Origin: an uncultured Anaerolineae bacterium
Lineage (GTDB): Bacteria; Chloroflexota; Anaerolineae; JAAYZQ01
Assembly: GCA_965370895.1 (NCBI GenBank)
Contig: CBDUWJ010000002.1
Span: 1-33,570 of the forward strand
Length of the DNA stretch: 33,570 nt
Direction: 5' to 3'
Position numbers and translations under genes: made by a program. The notes beneath the pieces were generated by a model. That model ran no database searches. It saw only the letters and a program-made list of their open reading frames with translations, and had not been told where the DNA came from. Each line of letters begins with the position of its first letter. Within the stretch, counting starts at the first letter, position 1. Of the stretch, positions 7,504 through 15,062 are shown one piece after another.

Positions 7504-8688
7504 ATGAAACCTATCTACCTTGATTACAATGCCACCACACCCATTGCCCGCGAGGTTGCAGAGGCGATGGTGCCCTACCTGTTCGAGCACTTTGGCAACC
7601 CGTCCAGTAGCCATCCCTACGGCGTGACGACCAAGCGCGCCACAGAGGCCGCACGCGCCCAGGTGGCGGCCCTCCTCGGCTGCCAGTCGGACCAGGTGGT
7701 CTTTACCAGCGGCGGTACCGAGAGTAACAACTATGCCATAAAGGGCGCAGTGATGGCTCACTGCGACCAGACCCGGCGCGGCGGGGCGGGCCACATCATC
7801 ACCTCGGCCGTGGAGCACCCGGCGGTCATTGAGGTCTGCCATTGGCTGGAGACGCAGGGCTTTCGCCTCACCGTGTTGCCGGTGGACCGGCACGGCCTTG
7901 TGGACCCCGCCGACCTGGAGCAGGCCATCACGCCCGATACTCTGCTGGTGACCGTGATGCACGCCAACAACGAGGTGGGCACGGTGCAGCCCATCGCTGA
8001 ACTGGCCCAGATCGCCCACCGCCACGGCGCATTGATGCACACCGACGCCGCCCAATCGGCGGGCAAGATCCCCGTGATCGTGAACGACCTGGGCGTGGAC
8101 TTGCTGTCCGTGGCCGGACACAAGGTCTATGCCCCCAAGGGGATCGGCGCGCTTTACGTCCGTACCGGCGTGCAACTTGTCCAACTGCTCCACGGTGCCG
8201 ACCACGAGGGCGGCCGCCGGCCTGGCACCGAGAATGTGCTGGAGATCATCGGCCTGGGCCAGGCCTGCCAGATAGCCGGGCGGGATCTGGAGCGGAATGG
8301 GGCCCACTTCCAGGCCATGCGCGACCGCCTGTACCAGGGCTTGCTCCGAGAGTTGGGCGATGGGGCGGTCAGAGTGAACGGCCACCCAGAAAAGCGCCTG
8401 CCCAACACCCTCAGCCTTAGTTTCCGTGGCATCGAAGCCGACGCCCTGCTGTCAGAGATCAGCGAGGAGGTAGCGGCTTCGGCGGGCGCCGCCTGCCACG
8501 CCGGCGGTGTGGACGTCTCGACGGTGCTTGAGGCGATGGCCGTGCCGTTGGAGTGGGCCATGGGCACCATTCGCTTCTCGGTGGGTCGGAGCACCACTGC
8601 CGGGGAGGTGGATCGTGCGGTCACGATCGTTGCCGGTGCGGCGCGGCGGCTCCCCGAAACCGCCCTTCTTCTTTTGAAATCGCGTTGA
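7504..8688 (+). CDS. Cysteine desulfurase (NifS/IscS class, PLP-dependent)
   Basis: The N-terminus is MKPIYLDYNATTPIAREVAEAMVPYLFEHFGNPSSSHPYG. The PLP-lysine context is LLSVAGHKVYAPKGIGALYV. The active-site region is SAGAACHAG. GGGAGGG sits 9 nt upstream of the ATG. The 55-aa upstream extension shown in the ORF track is Arg/Pro-rich and looks like junk. Confidence 0.9.
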   Translation: MKPIYLDYNATTPIAREVAEAMVPYLFEHFGNPSSSHPYGVTTKRATEAARAQVAALLGCQSDQVVFTSGGTESNNYAIKGAVMAHCDQTRRGGAGHIITSAVEHPAVIEVCHWLETQGFRLTVLPVDRHGLVDPADLEQAITPDTLLVTVMHANNEVGTVQPIAELAQIAHRHGALMHTDAAQSAGKIPVIVNDLGVDLLSVAGHKVYAPKGIGALYVRTGVQLVQLLHGADHEGGRRPGTENVLEIIGLGQACQIAGRDLERNGAHFQAMRDRLYQGLLRELGDGAVRVNGHPEKRLPNTLSLSFRGIEADALLSEISEEVAASAGAACHAGGVDVSTVLEAMAVPLEWAMGTIRFSVGRSTTAGEVDRAVTIVAGAARRLPETALLLLKSR

Positions 8689-8713
8689 CAATTGCCGAGG
8701 AATGTGTTAAGAT
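8685..8713 (+). promoter_or_regulatory. Candidate strong promoter upstream of the PIN/TRAM gene
   Basis: TTGACA (8685-8690, overlapping the TGA stop of the desulfurase), then 17 nt, then TAAGAT (8708-8713), with an extended -10 TGT. The predicted leader to the ATG at 8875 is about 155 nt. Confidence 0.45.
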
Positions 8714-8874
8714 AGCATCAGTTATCCAAGGTTCATTTTGAACCTAGTTGTGGTGTTTATCAGTGATGCTAGGTCTGGTCAGCAAGGTACTGGCTGGGCC
8801 AGAGATCGGGGAAGGAGGTCGCGTGTAGACGACGTAGACTGGAACCAAATGGATGACTTGGGAGGTCACAATCC

Positions 8875-9921
8875 ATGATCTTAGAACTTGTCGTGCGTAT
8901 ATTAGGTATGATCCTCCTGGGGGTAGCGGGTTGGCGTCTGGGGGATTTTTTAGCCAACAATGTGCTGCCGGAGCCTCAGCTCTGGTATGTGATCGTCCCC
9001 ACCCTGGTCGGGGCGGCAGTAGGGGCGCTCATAGCCCCGTGGGTGACGATCAAGCCGATCCTTTACCTTCGGCGCAAGATCCAGGAGCTTCCGGCTAGAG
9101 AGCTCTTTGCCATCATCATAGGCCTGGTTGTGGGTCTGCTCATCGCCGCGCTGCTATCACCGGTCCTGGCCAACTTGCCGACGCCCTTCGGGGAAGTACT
9201 GCCGTTCGTCGCGGCGGTGCTCTTTGGCTATCTGGGTGTGGTGGTGGCAACCATGCGCCGGACTGACCTTGTGTCGCTCCTCAGCAGCCGGTTTTCCAAG
9301 AGTACTGAAGCATCCCAGGATGAGCGATTGGTTCTGCTCGACACAAGTGTCATTATTGATGGCCGGATCGCTGACATTAGCCAGACCGGATTTGTCCCGG
9401 GCACGATGCTGGTACCCCGTTTCGTGCTGAACGAATTGCAGCACATCGCCGATTCCGCCGACAGCCTGCGGCGCAAGCGAGGGCGACGGGGGCTGGAGAT
9501 GCTAAATCGCCTCAAGGAGGAGTCGGTAGTGCCCGTGCGTATTACCGACATGGACACGCCAGAGGCTCGCGAAGTAGACGACAAACTGGTCATGCTGGGT
9601 AGAACCCTGGGCTGCGCCATCATGACCAACGACTACAACCTGAACCGGGTGGCGAAACTCCAGGGCGTGGTGGTGCTCAACATTAACGAACTGGCCAACG
9701 CCGTGAAGCCGATGCTGATACCTGGGGAAACGATTTCCATCGAGATTATCCAGGAAGGCAAAGAGCTGGGACAGGGCGTGGGCTATCTGGACGACGGCAC
9801 GATGATCGTGGTCGAGGAAGGACGGCCGTATATCGGCCAGACGATTTCTGTTCTCGTGAAAAAGGTCCTTCAGAAAGCCGAGGGACGGCTGGTCTTTGCG
9901 CAGCCCAATGTGCGCGGGTGA
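8875..9921 (+). CDS. yacL: Membrane-anchored PIN plus TRAM domain protein (YacL-like)
   Basis: Several TM helices are present at the N-terminus. The PIN core is LVLLDTSVIIDGRIADISQTGFVPGTMLVPRFVLNELQHIADS ... IMTNDYNLNRVAKLQGV. The C-terminal TRAM-like region is GETISIEIIQEGKELGQGVGYLDDGTMIVVEEGRPYIGQTISVLVKKVLQ. Confidence 0.85.
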   Translation: MILELVVRILGMILLGVAGWRLGDFLANNVLPEPQLWYVIVPTLVGAAVGALIAPWVTIKPILYLRRKIQELPARELFAIIIGLVVGLLIAALLSPVLANLPTPFGEVLPFVAAVLFGYLGVVVATMRRTDLVSLLSSRFSKSTEASQDERLVLLDTSVIIDGRIADISQTGFVPGTMLVPRFVLNELQHIADSADSLRRKRGRRGLEMLNRLKEESVVPVRITDMDTPEAREVDDKLVMLGRTLGCAIMTNDYNLNRVAKLQGVVVLNINELANAVKPMLIPGETISIEIIQEGKELGQGVGYLDDGTMIVVEEGRPYIGQTISVLVKKVLQKAEGRLVFAQPNVRG

Positions 9922-9928
9922 GCGAGAC

Positions 9929-10669
9929 ATGACTGTTATCACCCTCTCCCGACAACTCGGTGCTCATGGCGAGGAGATTGCGGCCGGGGTAGCCGCGGCA
10001 CTGACCTTGCGACTGATTGATGCCGAGACGATTGACCAGGCGGCGAAGAGAGTCGGCGTGCCGCACGACGCACTGGTTGAGTTGCTGGACGAAAGGCAGC
10101 GTGGCCTGGCTGCCCAGGTGCTCAACGCCTTGCGTACCATGCCCAACCTGCGAGGCAGCCCTGCCTTTGCAATGACGCCGGTTGGCGATGATAGCCCGGC
10201 CATTCCCGAACCATCCGGCTTGACTTTTCCCTTTACCGGCCTTTTTTCACCGACAGCACCACCGATCAGCGCCTCTTTGGGGGGCTATGTGCATATGGTT
10301 GGCCTGGTGGTCCGAGGGCTAGCTCGCGAGGGTGACGTGCTCATCGTCGGCCGCGGGGGACAGGCTCTGCTCAGGATGTATCCTGGCGCTCGGCACGTGC
10401 AGATCGTCGCCCCGCTGAACCACCGGATCGAGGTCGTCATGGCCCGCGAGGGATTGGATCGCCGGGATGCTCAAGGTCGGATCCGGGCCAGTGACCGGGC
10501 TCGCTTTGACTATGTGCGCCGCTATCACAACGTAAGCTGGCTGGACTCTACCTTGTATCACCTCGTGATCAACACTGGCCGGATGCCCAATGCCACGGCA
10601 GTGGAGCTGATCGTTGCTGCGGAGCAAGCCCTTGCACAGCTACCGGACGGGGATGATGTGGATGAATAG
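9929..10669 (+). CDS. Cytidylate kinase-like family protein (Cytidylate_kin2-type)
   Basis: The ATG at 9929 gives MTVITLSRQLGAHGEEIAAGVAAALTLRLIDAETI, which is the typical start for this family. DRARFDYVRRYHNVSWLDSTLYHLVINTG is present near the C-terminus. Confidence 0.72.
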   Translation: MTVITLSRQLGAHGEEIAAGVAAALTLRLIDAETIDQAAKRVGVPHDALVELLDERQRGLAAQVLNALRTMPNLRGSPAFAMTPVGDDSPAIPEPSGLTFPFTGLFSPTAPPISASLGGYVHMVGLVVRGLAREGDVLIVGRGGQALLRMYPGARHVQIVAPLNHRIEVVMAREGLDRRDAQGRIRASDRARFDYVRRYHNVSWLDSTLYHLVINTGRMPNATAVELIVAAEQALAQLPDGDDVDE

Positions 10670-10835
10670 AGGAACGCGAGACACGGGCAATGCGCCCTGG
10701 GGTTGGAAGTGGATTTGCACCTGTTCAGGGGGATGCTGCCGGTGAGGAGGGCGGCATCTCACCCCCGCGGCGCCAACTGCAGTCCTTGTTGGCGCAGAGA
10801 CCCTGATCCAGATTCAACCAGAGGGAGGAACAGAA

Positions 10836-12305
10836 ATGGCACTGACCGTTTTCAATTACCTGACCCGCCGGAAAGAGGAATTCAAACCAATCCGCGAGGG
10901 CTCTGTCAGCATCTATGTCTGCGGACCGACGGTATACGACCATGCCCATATTGGCCACGCCAAAGCTTACATAACGTTCGACATCATCGTGCGCTACTTG
11001 CGCTACCTGGGCTACCAGGTGCGCTATGTGCAGAACATCACTGACGTCGGACACCTGACCGGCGACACCGACGAAGGCGAAGACAAGATCCTTAAGCGAG
11101 CTGTGCTGGACCGGGTCGAGCCTATGGAGCTGGTTGAGACCTACATGCGCAGCTACTTCGAGGACATGGATGCGCTGAACATTGTACGGCCCGACATCTC
11201 TCCCCGTCCTAGCTGCCACGTCACCGAGCAGATCCAGATGGCCGAACTCCTGCTGGAGAGAGGGCATGCCTACGAGGTCAACGGTTCGGTCTACTTTGAC
11301 GTGTCCACCTGGCCCGAATATGGCAAACTCTCGGGGCGCAGGGTGGAGGAACAGGAGGAGGGCGCTCGGGTGGCCGTCAACCCCGAGAAGCGCCATCCGG
11401 CTGACTTTGCGGTCTGGAAACATGCCGAGCCTGGTCACATCCTGCGTTGGCCCAGCCCCTGGGGCTGGGGTTATCCTGGTTGGCATGTCGAATGCTCGGT
11501 CATGGCCACCAAGTACCTGGGTCAACCCTTCGACATTCACGGCGGGGGCTTGGAGAACATATTTCCCCATAACGAGTGCGAGATCGCACAAACCGAAGCA
11601 GCCACGGGGGAGCCTTTCTGCAATTACTGGTTGCTGAATAATATGGTCGGCGTGGATGGGGTCAAGATGGGCAAGAGCCTGGGCAATGCCATCACCATCA
11701 AGGAAATGCTGGCCCGCCACAGTCCTATGACCATTCGCTTCTTTGTGCTGAGCAGCCACTACCGCTCGCCGACCGATTTCAGCGAGACCGCGTTGGAGGC
11801 CGCCGGCCGGGGACTGGGACGGCTGACCAGTGCTGCGGGCCTGGTTCGCGAACGGCTGCGGTACGCTGAGGGCAAGGACCTGGATCCCGAGTGGACGGCC
11901 AAGCTGGATGGCTACAGGGCCCGCTTTGAGAAGGTCATGGACGACGACTTTAACACGCCCCGCGCCATTGCCATCCTATTCGACCTGGGCCGGCAGGTGA
12001 ACGGTCTTCTCAACTCTGGCCAGCCGGTGAGCCGGGCGACGCTGGGAGCGATCGACAGTCTTTACCGGGCACTGGGCGGCGACGTGCTGGGCATCCTCCT
12101 CGATGACCAGGGCGGCCCAAGCCGCGCTTCCCAGGCCGATAACGATCTGGTGGATGGCCTGGTGCGGGTGCTCATCGATATGCGCCAGGAAGCCCGTCAG
12201 GCTGGCGACTGGGCCAGGGCCGATGCCATCCGCGAGCGCCTGACCGACACGGGTGTTGTCCTGGAGGACGGCGCGGAGGGGACGCGCTGGCGCCTGAGCC
12301 GCTAG
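10836..12305 (+). CDS. cysS: Cysteine--tRNA ligase
   Basis: The HIGH-region context is [19 protein letters not shown]. The zinc/Cys-site context is GWHVECS. The KMSKS motif appears as KMGKSLGN. The length (489 aa) and domain order are typical. Confidence 0.96.
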   Translation: MALTVFNYLTRRKEEFKPIREGSVSIYVCGPTVYDHAHIGHAKAYITFDIIVRYLRYLGYQVRYVQNITDVGHLTGDTDEGEDKILKRAVLDRVEPMELVETYMRSYFEDMDALNIVRPDISPRPSCHVTEQIQMAELLLERGHAYEVNGSVYFDVSTWPEYGKLSGRRVEEQEEGARVAVNPEKRHPADFAVWKHAEPGHILRWPSPWGWGYPGWHVECSVMATKYLGQPFDIHGGGLENIFPHNECEIAQTEAATGEPFCNYWLLNNMVGVDGVKMGKSLGNAITIKEMLARHSPMTIRFFVLSSHYRSPTDFSETALEAAGRGLGRLTSAAGLVRERLRYAEGKDLDPEWTAKLDGYRARFEKVMDDDFNTPRAIAILFDLGRQVNGLLNSGQPVSRATLGAIDSLYRALGGDVLGILLDDQGGPSRASQADNDLVDGLVRVLIDMRQEARQAGDWARADAIRERLTDTGVVLEDGAEGTRWRLSR

Positions 12306-12309
12306 GGGC

Positions 12310-13059
12310 ATGCGAGAGATACTCTACGGCCGCCAGCCAGTTCGCGAGACGTTGCGGGCCGGCCGGCGGCAGGTGTTCAAGCTGCTGCTGGCCAGAGGGG
12401 TCAAGACCACGGGGATCGTGGGCGAGATCCTCAATCTGGCACAACGTGCAGGCGTACCGGTCCAGATGGTAGACCGGCAAGATCTGTACAAACTGGGTGG
12501 CGAGGTCCATCACCAGGGCCTCGCCGCCGAGGTTGCTGGCTACCCCTACGCGGACCTGGTTGGTCTGCTGGATGCCGCCGAACGGGCTGATGAATCGCCT
12601 TTCCTGTTGCTACTGGATCACATGCAGGACCCTCAGAATCTGGGCTCCCTGCTGCGCAGTGCCGAGGCGGTTGGCGTGCATGGCGTCGTGATCCCCCAGC
12701 GCCGGGCCGCCGGAGTGACGCCGGCGGCGGTTCGTGCCTCGGCCGGCGCAGCAGAGCACGTCCGCGTTGCGCAAGTGACCAACTTGGTGCGGAACATGCA
12801 GACGTTGAAAGCCGGTGGTGTGTGGCTTGTGGGGTTGGAGGCGCTGCCCAGCGCGCAGCTCTACACCCAGGCGGATCTGAGAGGCGCCCTGGGACTCGTC
12901 GTCGGCGGCGAAGGCCATGGGCTCGCGCGCCTGGTTCGGGAAACCTGCGACTTTCTCATCCGGTTGCCAATGTCCGGCCATGTAGCGTCTCTGAACGCAG
13001 GCGTGGCGGGGGCCATCGCCCTGTACGAAGTCCTCCGCCAGAGAACAATGTCCGATTAG
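12310..13059 (+). CDS. rlmB: TrmH/SpoU-family 23S rRNA (guanosine-2'-O)-methyltransferase, RlmB-like
   Basis: The SpoU motifs are LLLLDHMQDPQNLGSLLRSAEAVGVHGVV, LVVGGEGHGL and IPMSGHVASLNAGVAGAIALYE. The position immediately after cysS matches the arrangement seen in Firmicutes. Confidence 0.82.
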   Translation: MREILYGRQPVRETLRAGRRQVFKLLLARGVKTTGIVGEILNLAQRAGVPVQMVDRQDLYKLGGEVHHQGLAAEVAGYPYADLVGLLDAAERADESPFLLLLDHMQDPQNLGSLLRSAEAVGVHGVVIPQRRAAGVTPAAVRASAGAAEHVRVAQVTNLVRNMQTLKAGGVWLVGLEALPSAQLYTQADLRGALGLVVGGEGHGLARLVRETCDFLIRLPMSGHVASLNAGVAGAIALYEVLRQRTMSD

Positions 13060-13108
13060 GCGTCCATGTGGCAGGATCGCCGACCGAGCCCACCCGCACG
13101 CTGTTGGG

Positions 13109-13141
13109 GAAAGAGAAAAGCCTCTCTGGGTAGAGAGGCTT
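13109..13141 (-). terminator. Rho-independent terminator downstream of tRNA-Tyr, possibly also acting on rlmB from the other side
   Basis: The 9-bp stem is AAGCCTCTC (13118-13126) paired with GAGAGGCTT (13133-13141), with a 6-nt loop. On the minus strand it is followed by TTCTCTTTC. Confidence 0.6.
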
Positions 13142-13142
13142 C

Positions 13143-13227
13143 TGGTGGGCAGGGAAGGATTTGAACCTCCGAAGGCTGAGCCAGCGATTTTACAGACCGC
13201 CCCCTTTGGCCACTTGGGTACCTGCCC
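13143..13227 (-). tRNA. tRNA-Tyr (anticodon GTA), 85 nt, CCA encoded
   Basis: The reverse complement reads GGGCAGG TA CCCAAGTGGCCAAAGGG G GCGGT CTGTAAA ATCGC TGGCTCAGCCTTCGGAG GTTCAAATCCTTC CCTGCCC A CCA. This gives a 7-bp acceptor stem, an anticodon loop CT-GTA-AA and a long variable arm. The layout is almost position-for-position that of E. coli tyrT. Confidence 0.93.
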
Positions 13228-13256
13228 ATATTGCAGCGTAACACTGGCCAGGCCCT

Positions 13257-13284
13257 ATTATATCCATCCCGGGCGAAATGTCAA
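13257..13284 (-). promoter_or_regulatory. Consensus sigma-70 promoter for tRNA-Tyr
   Basis: The reverse strand reads TTGACA (13284-13279), then 16 nt, then TATAAT (13262-13257). Both hexamers are perfect. The TGA stop of the radical SAM gene (13283-13281) lies inside the -35 hexamer. The -10 hexamer ends about 30 nt upstream of the mature tRNA 5' end. Confidence 0.6.
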
Positions 13285-14744
13285 TCTTCAGCGTGGGCTT
13301 TGCGCCCCAGGAAGAACCGCCCAAAGTTGCTGGCATATTCCGGCAGGTGGCGCCACGTGTCGGGACTGATCGCCTTGCGCCAGACGCGGCCGGGCCGCAG
13401 GTAAAAGCGCCGGTAGGCCTCGTGCCACTTGCGTTCCACCAACTCTGCCGGCAGCGAGGGCAGCTCGTAGCGGGGCTTTTCATCGTGGATGGCATAGTCG
13501 CGCCAGTCCATGCTGAACAGCCGGCCGTCTCGCTGTGCGATCTCCCACAGCTCGGTGCCCGGATAGGGCGCGGCGATCATAAAGTTCGCCAGATCGGGGT
13601 CCAGTTCCAACGCGAACCGTATGGTGTCCTCCATCGTGTCTTCCGTGTCGGCCGGCAGGCCAAAGATGAAAAACCCCATCGTCTGGAGCCCGGCGGCCTT
13701 GGCTTCCTTGAATGCGCGGCGCGAGTCGTCCAGCGTCTGCCGTTTCTTGATGGCATCCAACACGGCCTGGTTGCCACTCTCCACGCCAAAGCCAACCCGC
13801 TTGCAGCCGGCCCTCTTCATCAACTGGAAAAGCTCGGCGTCGGAATGGTCGACGCGCATGCCGTGAACCGTGATCCATGGCACCTGGGTCAATCCTTCGT
13901 TGATGAGCAGGCGGCATATCGCCTTTGCCCGCTCCAGATTCAGGTTCCACACGTCGTCGGTGATGCCGATCTCGGTGGCGCCCATCTCCTGCACCAGGTA
14001 GCGCCACTCAGCCACCACATCCTCCGGCGAGCGGTCGCGCCAGGTGTTGCCCGTGATCGGCTTGGAGCAATAGATGCACTGGTAGGGACAGCCCCGGCTC
14101 GTGACCAGCGTGTAGGACCGGGCGTTGGGGTCCAGCCCGTCGGTGATCGGCTGCAGGTTGGTGTAGCGATCGATCTTGAAAAGATGATATGCTGGCCAGG
14201 GGATGCCCTCAAGGTCCTTGGGCAAGGGCCGAGGGGCGTTGTGCACGACGCGTCCGGCCGTGTTTCGCCAACTCGAACCCAAGATCGGTTCAAGGTTGCA
14301 GGCTGCAAGTAGCAAGTTGGGATCGTTCCGCCCCTCGTCCTTTGCTGCTTGTTGCTGTCGTTCGATCTCCTGCACGATTTCGACGAGGGTTTCCTCCGCC
14401 TCGCCGCGCACCACCAGGTCCACCTCGGATCGTTCCATCGACTCGTCGGGCATGAGGGTCAGGTGCGGGCCTCCGAGGATGGTGATCGCCCCCTGCTCTT
14501 TTGCCAGGGCTGCCGCCTCCCATGCCTCGTAGATGAGAGGCGTTGGGCTGGAGATGCCTACAACGTCGTAGCGCTCCTGTGCCAGGTGCGAAGCCAAAGG
14601 CTGGTCCTCGATCTCGGCGTCGAACAGTGTCACGTTGTCATAGCCGGCAGCAATCAACGCCCCAGCCAGGTAGCCCAAGCCCATGTGGATGTGCGTCCGC
14701 GAACTCCACACGGTCGATTTGGGACTGACTAACAGAATCCTCAT
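13281..14744 (-). CDS. B12-binding-domain radical SAM protein (class B)
   Basis: The ATG at 14744 follows GGAG. The N-terminal B12-binding-like domain is MRILLVSPKS...GLGYLAGALIAAGYDNVTLFDAEI. The radical SAM motif is TSRGCPYQCIYCSKP (CxxxCxxC). The 29 codons upstream in the ORF track are not needed. Confidence 0.85.
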   Translation of the reverse strand: MRILLVSPKSTVWSSRTHIHMGLGYLAGALIAAGYDNVTLFDAEIEDQPLASHLAQERYDVVGISSPTPLIYEAWEAAALAKEQGAITILGGPHLTLMPDESMERSEVDLVVRGEAEETLVEIVQEIERQQQAAKDEGRNDPNLLLAACNLEPILGSSWRNTAGRVVHNAPRPLPKDLEGIPWPAYHLFKIDRYTNLQPITDGLDPNARSYTLVTSRGCPYQCIYCSKPITGNTWRDRSPEDVVAEWRYLVQEMGATEIGITDDVWNLNLERAKAICRLLINEGLTQVPWITVHGMRVDHSDAELFQLMKRAGCKRVGFGVESGNQAVLDAIKKRQTLDDSRRAFKEAKAAGLQTMGFFIFGLPADTEDTMEDTIRFALELDPDLANFMIAAPYPGTELWEIAQRDGRLFSMDWRDYAIHDEKPRYELPSLPAELVERKWHEAYRRFYLRPGRVWRKAISPDTWRHLPEYASNFGRFFLGRKAHAED

Positions 14745-15007
14745 TCCAACTCCACACCAGCATTCCGCACTTTGGAAGAGCTTTTGTGCGTTCTCCGTCT
14801 TCCATTCTACCATAGAACCTTTCCACCGCAAACCCCACCGCTACGGCTTGCATGGCTTGAGATGGGATGCAATCTTTAGACAGTCTATGGCCCCAGGTCG
14901 AAGTTTGATTCTGACCGCTCTGTTTCTGTCATCACAGGCAATTGACGGCACCCCTACTGTCTGTCCTGCACAGAGGAGTACCGTGCCTTGGCGCTCGCAA
15001 CGGACCG

Positions 15008-15046
15008 AACAAACCCATACCAACGCCGGCCTGGGCCTGGTATGGG
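15008..15046 (-). terminator. Rho-independent terminator after the 12-TM gene
   Basis: On the minus strand the sequence is CCCATACCA, then a 15-nt loop, then TGGTATGGG (9-bp stem), followed by TTTGTT. It starts 16 nt after the TGA at 15063-15065. Confidence 0.6.
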
Positions 15047-15062
15047 CGACAACACGGTGCGT

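Noticed and set aside
10670-10835. A possible T-box or other leader riboswitch upstream of cysS. Two hairpins are present: GGTGAG...CTCACC and GCGCCAAC-10 nt-GTTGGCGC.
   Set aside because: The leader is only about 165 nt. It has no T-box consensus (no GGGTGGTACCGCG-like element), no terminator U-tract and no clear Stem I features.
10725-11759. Long antisense or shadow ORFs opposite confidently assigned genes. Examples are 10725-11759 (-) opposite cysS and 13278-14312 (+) opposite the radical SAM gene. Others are 4931-6133 (-), 7459-8385 (-), 16697-17608 (+), 21734-22546 (+), 24853-25416 (+) and 25670-26281 (-).
   Set aside because: Each overlaps a gene with clear family motifs on the other strand. 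Their translations are Arg/Gly/Pro/Ala-rich with no recognisable motifs, as expected for stop-poor alternative frames in high-GC DNA.
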